Positions 39,702 through 48,205 of a DNA stretch of 64,000 bases are shown piece by piece. Origin of the DNA: an uncultured bacterium (lineage in GTDB: Bacteria > Patescibacteriota > Minisyncoccia > UBA6257 > 2-01-FULL-56-20); contig OY970382.1 in NCBI GenBank assembly GCA_963719425.1, positions 71,888-135,887 of the forward strand, read 5' to 3'. The notes beneath the pieces were generated by a model. The model was given only the letters and a program-made list of their open reading frames with translations, did no database searches and had not been told where the DNA came from. Each line of letters starts with the position of its first letter. Position 1 is the first letter of the stretch. A program made the translations under genes and the position numbers.

Positions 39702-40406
39702 ATGCCTCATCCCAAAAAGCTCGCCATCTTTGACATTGACGGGACGGTCTTCCGGTCCAGCTTGCTCATTGAGCTTGTGGACGCGCTGATCCACGAGGGC
39801 GTTTTCAAACCAAGCGCGATGCGGATCTACGAGCGGGATAAACGCGCATGGCTTGACCGGAAGGGGGACTACGACGCCTATATTGAAAGCGTCATCCGCG
39901 CGTTCCTCAAAAATATCAAAGGCGTGCCGTACGCCCGTTTCGCGCGCGTGGCGAAAAAAGTGGTCGCGCTTCACAAAAACCGCGTGTACCGCTATACGCG
40001 CGATCTCGTCCGCGCCTTAAGGCGCAAGGGATACTGGCTCGTCGCGATCTCGCACTCGCCGCGCGGCGTTGTGGGACCGTTCGCCGCGCAGATTGGGTTC
40101 AACAAAGTGTACGGGCTGCTGTACGAGCTCGGCCCCACGAGACGGTTCAACGGGAAGGTGATGTTTGAAGATCTCATTTTTGACAAGGCAAAGATCGTGG
40201 CGCGCGTGCTCGCGAAGGAAGGCGTCACGCTCCGCGGGTCCGTGGGCGTGGGGGATACGGAAAGCGACATTCCTTTTTTGAAGCTTGTCACCCGGGCGAT
40301 TTGCTTCAATCCGAACGAGAAGCTCTACCGCGCGGCGCGCCGCCATAGCTGGGAGATCGTCGTGGAGCGGAAGGATGTGGTGTACCGGATAGGAGAGGCA
40401 AGGTAG
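39702..40406 (+). CDS. HAD-IB family phosphatase
   Basis: FDIDGT, ISHS, K and GDTESD motifs. Confidence 0.92.
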   Translation: MPHPKKLAIFDIDGTVFRSSLLIELVDALIHEGVFKPSAMRIYERDKRAWLDRKGDYDAYIESVIRAFLKNIKGVPYARFARVAKKVVALHKNRVYRYTRDLVRALRRKGYWLVAISHSPRGVVGPFAAQIGFNKVYGLLYELGPTRRFNGKVMFEDLIFDKAKIVARVLAKEGVTLRGSVGVGDTESDIPFLKLVTRAICFNPNEKLYRAARRHSWEIVVERKDVVYRIGEAR

Positions 40407-40435
40407 CTCTTGCTCGGCGTGGTATTATTAAGGGG

Positions 40436-41173
40436 ATGAATGCCCTCTCCGTTGAAAGACTCACGAAAATATTCGGTACGAGGGACGGCAATGTGGCGGT
40501 CAATGACATTTCGCTAACGCTCACCGCGGGCGAGGTCTATGCGCTCATTGGGCCGAACGGATCGGGAAAGACGACGTTCATAAAGATAATCGTTGGCCTT
40601 TTGCACCCGTCGCGGGGGAAGGTGTTCGTGAACGGCATTGACGTAACAAAAGATCCTGCGCGCGCGAAGGCTGTGATCGGATATATTCCGGACGAACCGG
40701 ATGCGTGGGCGGGGATGACGGGGGAGGAATTTCTGCACTTTGTCGGCGCGCTTTTCGGCGTTCCCGCAGCCCTCCGGCGCGACCGCATCCGGGAGCTCTT
40801 GGGGAAGTTTCATCTCGGAGGTGTGGAGAAAGGGTACTTTGAGGATTACTCGCGCGGCAACAAACAGAAATTTTCCATCATGGCGGCGCTGCTCCACCAT
40901 CCTCAGTTCCTGCTCATTGATGAGCCGATCGTGGGGCTGGATCCGGAGAGCGCGGAGATCGCGAAGCACGAATTCCGCGAATTCGCGAACCGCGGAGGGA
41001 CGGTCCTCATTGCGACGCACACGCTCCCCGTGGCAGAGGAGATCGCCGACGTGATCGGCGTCTTGAAGAACGGCAAGCTCGTCGCTTCGGCGCCGCTTGC
41101 AGCGTTGCGCAAGAAGGCGGAGCTGGGTCCCACGGCCGATCTCGCGGACATCTACCGCGCGCTCACGAAATAA
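40436..41173 (+). CDS. ABC transporter ATP-binding protein
   Basis: GPNGSGKT, YSRGNKQK, IDEPIVGLDP, ATH. Confidence 0.95.
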   Translation: MNALSVERLTKIFGTRDGNVAVNDISLTLTAGEVYALIGPNGSGKTTFIKIIVGLLHPSRGKVFVNGIDVTKDPARAKAVIGYIPDEPDAWAGMTGEEFLHFVGALFGVPAALRRDRIRELLGKFHLGGVEKGYFEDYSRGNKQKFSIMAALLHHPQFLLIDEPIVGLDPESAEIAKHEFREFANRGGTVLIATHTLPVAEEIADVIGVLKNGKLVASAPLAALRKKAELGPTADLADIYRALTK

Positions 41174-41184
41174 ACGCGCTCACC

Positions 41185-42885
41185 ATGTTCTCGTTGAGAA
41201 AATATCTGAGGACGCAACGGGCGGCGAAGATCATCACGATCATTCTCTTTCTTGCGGTACTCTTCGCCGTCGCCTCCGGCGTCTACTATTTCTTCCGCTG
41301 GGAATTCTCGGCTATCGCGCATGATGCGTATCTCCGCGTCGCACTCCCGCTCTACTTCTACGAAAATCTTTTCCTTGTCGTGTTCATGCTTGTTTTTGTG
41401 AGCAGTTTCATAAGCGGGATGTTCGCGCTCTTCCGTGGTGCGCATGACGCGTTCGTCATGGCATCGCCGCGCTTCACGATGGTCTTCTGGCGCGCCTACC
41501 GGCGCACCTTCCTCTCGTCGCTTTGGCCGGTCGTCGTCATCCTGATCCCGGCGTTCCTCGGTTCAAGCGCCGTTTTTCCGGTATCGCTCGCGGGCGGCGC
41601 GCTCTTTCTTCTCTCCATCGCATGTTTGGCGGGCATAGCGGTCGCGCTCGCACTCGCCCTTCTTATTGTGTGCGCGTGCGCATTGTATTTGTTGCAGCGC
41701 TTTTTCTTGAAATATTTTGACGTGGACGGACTTTTCGGTTTCGGCAAGTCGGCGGTTCTCGGTGTCCTTGTGATCGCCGCTGGGTTCGTCGCTGTCTGGC
41801 GCCGCGCATGGACGGGGGACGTTGTGTCCCTCTTCGCGCCGACGAACGCGACGTGGGCGGCGTCGCGTCTGGACGTCGTTCTCACGCGCTTCAGCGCCTT
41901 TCCGACCCACCTTGCGACCCTCTCGCTTTGGAACGCCCAAATGGGCTCGCCGGGCAGCGCCTTCATCGCAAGCATCGGGCTTGCCGCAATATGCGCCCTG
42001 TGCCTGCTCATCATGCGCGTCACGCAGCCGGCGTTCCTGACGCTCTGGCAGCTTTTTCAAGAAGGGAGCTTCCAAGCCAAGACCTCCGTTGCGGAGCGGG
42101 CGGGAGGCGCGGGGCAGGGAGGAGGGCGCGGCCCCGTCGCCTTCCCGCGTTTTTTCAAAAGCCCGCGCGGGGCGATCTTTGAAAAAGAAGGACTCATGTT
42201 GTTCCGCGAGATGCGCAGCGCCCTTTGGTTCTTCTTCTTGTTCCTCCTGTGGATGGTGCAGCTCGTGCTTGAATTCTTCGTCCGCGAGAACCTCGTGCGG
42301 CACAGTACGGACCTCGGGGCGGTCGTCGCGAGCGTGGAAGCGCTCCAGCTTGCGACCGCCGTCTACTTCGTGAGCGCATTTATCCTGCGGTTCGTGTTCC
42401 CGGCATTCAGCAGCGAGCGCCGCACGGCGTGGATCCTGGGCACGGCGCCGCTCCGCATGCGGAGCGTCTTCTGGGGAAAGTTCTTTTTCTACGCGCTCGT
42501 ATTCCTCTGTCTCGGCGCGGTGTTTTGCGGCGTGAATTTCTTCGTCCTTCAGATGGCGCTCGCGCAAGCCGCGGCATTTTTCATTTTCGTGTTCCTGATG
42601 ATCGTATTTTTGGTCGCGTTCGGCCTTGGCCTCGGGGCAATGTTCCCGAATTTTGACAGCGACGATCCAGAAGTGTTGAGCACAACGCTCCCGGGCCTCG
42701 GGTTCACGTTCGGGTCGCTTCTCTACGGCGGCGTGGGGACGTATGTCTTTTACCAATTCTTGTCCCACGGCGCGGCCGCATTCCTCGTGGGCTTCAATGT
42801 CCTCACCATTGCGCTCACGGTGCTTCTTTTGTTCCTCGCGCTCCGCGCACTGGATAGCTTTGAGTTCACGAAGGAATATTCTTAG
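41185..42885 (+). CDS. Putative ABC transporter permease
   Basis: Many TM helices; IFEKE...LFRE; FPAFSSERRTAWILGTAP; follows the ATPase. Confidence 0.85.
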   Translation: MFSLRKYLRTQRAAKIITIILFLAVLFAVASGVYYFFRWEFSAIAHDAYLRVALPLYFYENLFLVVFMLVFVSSFISGMFALFRGAHDAFVMASPRFTMVFWRAYRRTFLSSLWPVVVILIPAFLGSSAVFPVSLAGGALFLLSIACLAGIAVALALALLIVCACALYLLQRFFLKYFDVDGLFGFGKSAVLGVLVIAAGFVAVWRRAWTGDVVSLFAPTNATWAASRLDVVLTRFSAFPTHLATLSLWNAQMGSPGSAFIASIGLAAICALCLLIMRVTQPAFLTLWQLFQEGSFQAKTSVAERAGGAGQGGGRGPVAFPRFFKSPRGAIFEKEGLMLFREMRSALWFFFLFLLWMVQLVLEFFVRENLVRHSTDLGAVVASVEALQLATAVYFVSAFILRFVFPAFSSERRTAWILGTAPLRMRSVFWGKFFFYALVFLCLGAVFCGVNFFVLQMALAQAAAFFIFVFLMIVFLVAFGLGLGAMFPNFDSDDPEVLSTTLPGLGFTFGSLLYGGVGTYVFYQFLSHGAAAFLVGFNVLTIALTVLLLFLALRALDSFEFTKEYS

Positions 42886-42891
42886 GACACC

Positions 42892-44025
42892 ATGGAAAGG
42901 CTTGAGGCAAAGGACCGGGTCTTCACGGTCGCGGAATATATAGAGCTCCTGAACGAGTTCTTCAAGGCGCAGGCGGCGAGGATCACGGGGGAGGTTTCGG
43001 AACTCACGCGCGCGGCGTCGGGCCACGTGTATTTCACGGTGAAGGACAAGGCTGACGGCGCGGTTCTGGACTGCATCATGTGGCGCCACAACTACGAACT
43101 CTGCGGCGTCACGCTTGAAGTGGGAATGGAGGTGATCCTCTCCGGGCACCCGAACATTTACGCGCCATCCGGGCGGCTGTCGTTTATCGCGGACACCGTG
43201 GAGCTTGTGGGCGAAGGGGCTTTGAAGAAGGCGTACGAAGCGCTTAAGCGCAAACTGGAAGCGGAGGGCATGTTCGCGCCAGAACGGAAGCGGCCGCTTC
43301 CGGAATATCCGACGAAGATCGGCGTCATCACCTCTTTGAAGGGCGCCGTGATCCACGATTTTGAAAATAATCTGGGAAAATTCGGGTTCAAAGTGAACGT
43401 GCTGGACTCGCGCGTGGAGGGCCAGCAGGCGGTGGCGCCGCTTTCGGAAGCGCTCGCCGTCATGCGGCGCCTGGCGGAAGCTGGCCGCATAGAGGTGCTC
43501 GTCGTGATCCGCGGCGGCGGATCGCTTGAGTCACTCCAGGCATTCAATAACGAAAAGCTTGTGCACGCGGTTGCGGATTTTCCGGTACCCGTCATCGCGG
43601 GGATCGGGCACGAAAAAGATGTGCCGCTCGTTGCGCTCGCGGCGGACTTCATGACCTCCACCCCCACGGCCGCAGCGCATCTTTTGAGCCGTCCTTGGGA
43701 AGAGGCGTATGCGAAGTTGCGCGAGGTGGCGTATCTTTTTTCGCGTGTGGAAGCGCAGTTCGAACGAGTTCGCGCGGAGTTGGATACGGTGTGGAGCTCT
43801 ATCGTGGACCATACGGCGCAGGGGATCCTGCACGTCAAAGAAACGCTCGTGAACGCAGAGCGGCTTTTGCGCGTGCACGATCCGCGGCGGCCATTGCGGC
43901 TCGGGTATGCCATCGTGCGGCGGGAGGGGAAATTGGTGCGGAGCGTCCGGGATGTGGATGTCGGAGACGTGCTCCACACGGAACTTGCGGACGGGGTGGT
44001 GAGGTCAAAGGTGGAAGATCCTTAA
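42892..44025 (+). CDS. xseA: Exodeoxyribonuclease VII large subunit
   Basis: GEVS...SGHVYFTVKD; IGVITS..GAVI.D; RGGGS.E.L..FN; GIGHE.D; TPTAAA. Confidence 0.95.
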   Translation: MERLEAKDRVFTVAEYIELLNEFFKAQAARITGEVSELTRAASGHVYFTVKDKADGAVLDCIMWRHNYELCGVTLEVGMEVILSGHPNIYAPSGRLSFIADTVELVGEGALKKAYEALKRKLEAEGMFAPERKRPLPEYPTKIGVITSLKGAVIHDFENNLGKFGFKVNVLDSRVEGQQAVAPLSEALAVMRRLAEAGRIEVLVVIRGGGSLESLQAFNNEKLVHAVADFPVPVIAGIGHEKDVPLVALAADFMTSTPTAAAHLLSRPWEEAYAKLREVAYLFSRVEAQFERVRAELDTVWSSIVDHTAQGILHVKETLVNAERLLRVHDPRRPLRLGYAIVRREGKLVRSVRDVDVGDVLHTELADGVVRSKVEDP

Positions 44026-44287
44026 CGCTGGAAGCAACCAGGAGGACTGGGTTAAGGCCTTACCTGGAACTTAGCGCGGTGTGGTACTGCCCCTTTGTTC
44101 GATTTTTAAGTCGTGTAGGAGTTGCGCCTCGCACTCTCCCTCCTCCTGCCTCAGGCACTTGCCCGTCGGCTTAGACGATGGCATTTCAGCCACCGGCGTC
44201 AGGCGTTCGGTATCACCCTACTTGCCACGGGGGAGATGCTTTATCCCATACCACGAGGATTATTCAGCCACTACTTCCAGCGTTAAG
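44021..44287 (-). ncRNA. Unidentified ~265-nt structured RNA
   Basis: 14-bp perfect closing helix, several internal helices, an AGUA/GAA loop-E-like motif and two GCUGAA segments; G-U pairs favour the minus strand. Confidence 0.6.
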
Positions 44288-44391
44288 AATCTCATGTGAG
44301 ATAACGGTGGCCAATAGCGAGCATTACGACTTTTTTAATAATTTTTTAATCTTGGGGTGAAGCTTTTCCCGAACGCGGTATAATAGAGGCC

Positions 44392-44862
44392 ATGGATGAC
44401 TGTCTCTTCTGCAAGATCATAAAAGGTGAGATAGAGTCCGTAAAGATCTGGGAGGACGGGAAATTTCTCGCTATCCTTGACGTGAGTCCAAATACGAAGG
44501 GGATGACACTTCTTCTTACGAAAGCCCACTACGATTCATATGCGTTCGATATGCCGGGCGAGGTCTACGCGGAATTCATGCTCGCCGCAAAGCGGGTGGC
44601 GAAGGTCCTTGAGGTGGGGCTTCACGTCATGCGGGTCGCGATGGTGATGGAGGGGATGGGGATCAACCATGCACACATCAAGCTTTATCCGCTCCAGGGG
44701 GTTACGGAGAAATTCAAGGAGATGTGGGCGAAAGAGAGAATCTATTTCGAAAGATACCCGGGTTATCTTTCAACCCAACTCGGCCCAGCGGCCACCATGG
44801 AGGCATTGCGCAAGGTCGCGGAGGAAATAAAAGAAAATTGTGGCGAAAAAGGAAAACTTTAA
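44392..44862 (+). CDS. HIT family protein
   Basis: DCLFCKII.G; P.T.G; INHAHIKLYP (HxHxK variant). Confidence 0.9.
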   Translation: MDDCLFCKIIKGEIESVKIWEDGKFLAILDVSPNTKGMTLLLTKAHYDSYAFDMPGEVYAEFMLAAKRVAKVLEVGLHVMRVAMVMEGMGINHAHIKLYPLQGVTEKFKEMWAKERIYFERYPGYLSTQLGPAATMEALRKVAEEIKENCGEKGKL

Positions 44863-45037
44863 GGATCAGTTGAAGGAGATAAGCGATATCCTTGCGTGGT
44901 TTGACGCGCAGGAGGAGCTTGACGTGGAAGCGGCGCTCGTGAAGATCAAGAAAGCGGCCGAGCTTATTAAGGCAAGCCGGAAGCGGCTCGGGGAGATAGA
45001 GAACGAGTTCAAGGAGGTGAAGGGGGAGGCGGAGTAA
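44840..45037 (+). CDS. xseB: Exodeoxyribonuclease VII small subunit
   Basis: F...L.E...I..WF.....LDVE.AL......LI......L...EN.F; near xseA. Confidence 0.85.
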   Translation: MAKKENFKDQLKEISDILAWFDAQEELDVEAALVKIKKAAELIKASRKRLGEIENEFKEVKGEAE

Positions 45038-45051
45038 GATTGATGGACGTA

Positions 45052-45147
45052 AATCAAAAAACGCCATGGGTATGGCATTCTTTGACGGCGCTTGGCTACG
45101 GTTTAACAAGTAGTGACCGTGACAGGGCCGAAACCCTCCAAGCGTCA
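45052..45147 (-). ncRNA. Putative ~95-nt sRNA (three-way junction plus terminator)
   Basis: Minus-strand promoter TTGACG-N16-TAACCT (45180-45153), three stems including a UUCG loop, terminator ending in a U-tract. Confidence 0.5.
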
Positions 45148-45226
45148 TGTTTAGGTTAGCAGAATAATTGCATTCGTCAAATTTCTTTTAAGAACTTTTT
45201 AATGCCTTGTTTGATATGGTTCTTTG

Positions 45227-45568
45227 GTGACGAAGGATGAAATAACGCAATTTCTTGATTCGTTCCAGGCGAAGCGTGAGCGGACGATGGTGATCGTTGA
45301 TTTCGGCAATGTTGCCAAGTGGACGCAGAGTCTGCGTTGGCGGATAGGCATTAAAGAACTTGGTCATTTCGCCCGCAAACTTTCGATCGGCAAAACTTTT
45401 TTGCGAAGGTTTTATTATGGCGCCGATTACGGCCCGCGCGAATCAAACATGATGGTAAATGAGCGGTCGCGGTTGGTTTATGAAAAAGCGCGGATGAGCG
45501 GGTTTGAGCCGGTTGTTAAGCGAGTGAAATATATTCACGACCGAGACAATGTCCACGGCTGGATTTGA
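45227..45568 (+). pseudogene. Truncated NYN/LabA (PIN-like) RNase
   Basis: VIVDFGNV, RRFYYG and KRVKYI motifs present; stops before the K.D.DV and SGDGD catalytic motifs. Confidence 0.7.
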
Positions 45569-45971
45569 TTATTCGCCAAGAGATTGATACGTAGCAATAA
45601 TGAGGCGGCCATTATAAGTGTGATTGTCAGGACAACACCAGGCACGAAATATGCAATGAAGTGGCTAAAGTTCTTGAACGGCTCCATGTCTTTATTTTAT
45701 CACGATCCGACCTTTGGCAATCCCAAAGTCCGTGTTGGCGAGGAGACTTGAAAAAGCGGCCATCCGCCAAGTGAAACCGCCGTACAATAAAGCGCTGAAG
45801 AGGACAAGAAGATATTCCTAATAGCAGGTATAGAAACCCATCCGTGGAAGTGAGTTTCGCGGCGGTTTTTCTTGCGCTAGCTTTTCTGTTCTCATGCGGC
45901 CATGATAATCCTTTGCACTCGTTCTTGCAATCGCGATTTTCTTCTGGATAGTTCTTGGACATGGATTCGTC

Positions 45972-46079
45972 GCGGGCCGGTAAGACCGGCCCGCTCCTGC
46001 GGAACCTCTCGGTTCCGCACTGCCCAGCCGTAAAACTTACGGCTGGGCCCTCCTACACGGGGAAACTACCGTTTCCCCG
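45972..46079. repeat. Cluster of four tandem perfect GC-rich hairpins
   Basis: 45972-45994, 45998-46019, 46022-46048 and 46058-46079 (9-12 bp stems). Confidence 0.75.
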
Positions 46080-46126
46080 ACCCCCTCCCCACATCTAGAT
46101 CTAGTGCGGTGTAGTATGGTTATGAA

Positions 46127-47236
46127 ATGAGAATTATTGCGCACATAGACCTAGACGCCTTCTTCGCGGCGATAGAAGAGAGGGATCGGCCGCGGTTGCG
46201 GGGCTTGCCTATTGTTATTGGCGCGGATCCGGAGGATGGGAGAGGCAGAGGGGTTGTGTCTACGGCGAATTATAAGGCGCGGGAATATGGGATTCGGTCT
46301 GCCTTGCCGATCGCGACGGCGTGGCGGTATTCGGAGGCGGCGCGGAGGAAGGGGCTCCCGCCTGCGGTCTTTCTCGGAGTCAATATGGAAAAATATGCGG
46401 AGGAATCGCGGCGCGTGATGGGGATTGTGCGCGAGGTCTTGAGGGCGGGGGCGCTTGTGGAGGAGGCCTCGGTGGACGAGGCGTTCGTTGATCTATCATT
46501 CGCGGGTTCGTACGAGCATGCGGAAAAGGTGGCGCGGGCGGTCGCGCGTGCGATCAAAGAAAAAACGGGACTTACGGCATCCGTGGGCGTGGGGCCGAAC
46601 AAACTTATCGCAAAGATCGCGTCGGACCGCGAGAAGCCGGACGGGTTCACGCTTGTGCGCGAGCGTGATGCGGAAAAATTTCTTGAGCCCTTGCCGATTC
46701 GCACGATCCCGGGCGTGGGGCCAAAAACAGAGGCGCGGTTCAAGGAGCTTCGCGTGCGCACGGTGGGGGACGCGAGGCGGTTCTCGCGTGAGGAACTTAC
46801 GGAGATGATGGGAAAATGGGGTGCGGAGCTTTATGAGAAACTGCGCGGGCGGGACGAGTCGCCGCTTGTTACAGAGTGGATCGCGAAGTCCGTGGGGGAG
46901 CAGGAGACCTTTCCGCGCGACACGCACGATCCGAAGTTCCTGCGCGAGCGCTTGGCGGCGCTTGCGGCGGGCGTTTTTGCGCGGTTCGCGGCGGAGGCCC
47001 GGGCGGGTCACTTCAAAAGCTTCCGCGGTGTCACGATCACCGTCCGTTTCGCGGACTTTACGACCGTGACGCGCGCGGCCACGCTTGATGAGCCCGTTAT
47101 GGCCAGCGACCCCGCGGCGCTCCGCACGCTCCAATTCCAGGCCTTACGCCTTTTTATGCCATTCCTTGACCGCCGCGAGAATCCCAACCGCAAGGCCTTC
47201 CGGCTCCTTGGGGTGCGCGTGGAGAAGCTGGTTTAG
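46127..47236 (+). CDS. dinB: DNA polymerase IV (Y family)
   Basis: HIDLDAFFAAIE, STANYKAREYGIRS, SVDEAFVD, KLIAKIASD..KPDG, RLLGV. Confidence 0.95.
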   Translation: MRIIAHIDLDAFFAAIEERDRPRLRGLPIVIGADPEDGRGRGVVSTANYKAREYGIRSALPIATAWRYSEAARRKGLPPAVFLGVNMEKYAEESRRVMGIVREVLRAGALVEEASVDEAFVDLSFAGSYEHAEKVARAVARAIKEKTGLTASVGVGPNKLIAKIASDREKPDGFTLVRERDAEKFLEPLPIRTIPGVGPKTEARFKELRVRTVGDARRFSREELTEMMGKWGAELYEKLRGRDESPLVTEWIAKSVGEQETFPRDTHDPKFLRERLAALAAGVFARFAAEARAGHFKSFRGVTITVRFADFTTVTRAATLDEPVMASDPAALRTLQFQALRLFMPFLDRRENPNRKAFRLLGVRVEKLV

Positions 47237-47328
47237 GTCAGCGGATTTTAGAATTTTTTAATGACCTTTATGGTACCTTTGCCCAAAGGTCGTCTAAATC
47301 ATTGTGGAAGGGAATATATTTTGCTACC

Positions 47329-47628
47329 ATGGAGTTTATGAAGAAAGTTTCTTTTCGCGCGAGTTTGCCGGTCATCTTTTTGAAAGAAAGAAGGCAATTC
47401 GTGGCGTATACCCCCGCGCTTGACCTGTCCACTTCCGGGAAAAGCCTTAAGGAAGCGCAAAAGAATTTTACGGAAGCGGCTCAGATTTTTCTTGAGGAAT
47501 GTTACAAAATGGGAACCTTAAGCAGGGTGCTCACGGAACTTGGTTGGAAAAGAAAAAAGAACGCCTGGACACCGCCTGCGATCGTTGCGCAAGATTCCCG
47601 CGAAGTGAATATTCCCGTCCTGGCATAG
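47329..47628 (+). CDS. HicB-like antitoxin
   Basis: FVAYTPALDLSTSGKSLKEAQKNF.EA; adjacent to a hicA-like gene. Confidence 0.8.
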   Translation: MEFMKKVSFRASLPVIFLKERRQFVAYTPALDLSTSGKSLKEAQKNFTEAAQIFLEECYKMGTLSRVLTELGWKRKKNAWTPPAIVAQDSREVNIPVLA

Positions 47629-47635
47629 AGCACTC

Positions 47636-47863
47636 TTGTCGGGCATTGTTCCTGTCCATTGGAAGGAATTTGAGAGATTCCTGGCTTCCCTCGGCTGTAT
47701 TTTGGTGCGCGAAAAAGGGGATCATCGCGTTTGGAGAAAGGAAGGCCTTACACGACCGGTAGTGGTTCCCAAGAAAAGCGCCATTCCGGTGTTCGTCATT
47801 AAAAATAACTTACGTGTGCTCGGCGTTTCCGTTGTCGAGTATTTGGAAATGGTGAGGCACTGA
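47636..47863 (+). CDS. HicA-family toxin
   Basis: F..FL...GC..VR.KGDH..W.K.G..RPVVVP. Confidence 0.85.
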   Translation: MSGIVPVHWKEFERFLASLGCILVREKGDHRVWRKEGLTRPVVVPKKSAIPVFVIKNNLRVLGVSVVEYLEMVRH

Positions 47864-47883
47864 ATTAGAATGGGAACATAGCG

Positions 47884-48195
47884 ATGAGAGTCTTTGTGAA
47901 AGCCAAGCCGGGCGCGAAAAAAGAGAGCATTACGAAAATTGATGTGTCAACCGAAGGATTGTTTGAAAAACGGGGTAGAGATGACGATCACGGGGAAAGC
48001 GGTCGCGCCGGAATGCATTTTATTGTCGCGGTCAAAGAACCAGCCATAGACGGCCGCGCGAACCGCGCGATAGAGAGAGCGCTCGCGGAGTATTTTAAGG
48101 TGCCGTTGTCCCGCGTGCGGATGGTACGGGGCCATTCCGCCAAACAGAAAGTAGTGGAGATTTTGGACCGCCCCGCCGAATCAGCGCCGCATTAG
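47884..48195 (+). CDS. DUF167 (YggU-like) protein
   Basis: VKAKPGAK; VKEPA.DG.AN.A....LA.YF.VP...V....G.S.K.K. Confidence 0.88.
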   Translation: MRVFVKAKPGAKKESITKIDVSTEGLFEKRGRDDDHGESGRAGMHFIVAVKEPAIDGRANRAIERALAEYFKVPLSRVRMVRGHSAKQKVVEILDRPAESAPH

Positions 48196-48205
48196 CCGTT
48201 TCGTT

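Noticed and set aside
41563-43356. Long antisense ORFs (597 aa here; also 5841-6884, 8193-9257, 62052-63038)
   Set aside because: Shadow ORFs of GC-rich genes on the opposite strand, with no recognisable motifs.
44021-44287. T-box, RNase P, tmRNA or SRP identity for the structured RNA
   Set aside because: It lacks a T-box antiterminator with a downstream aaRS, the GAGGAAAGUC core of RNase P, tRNA-like ends, and the SRP helix-8 motif.
45627-45962. 111-aa minus-strand ORF as an intact gene
   Set aside because: Hydrophobic segments are spread across frames with stops; it looks like a decayed fragment.
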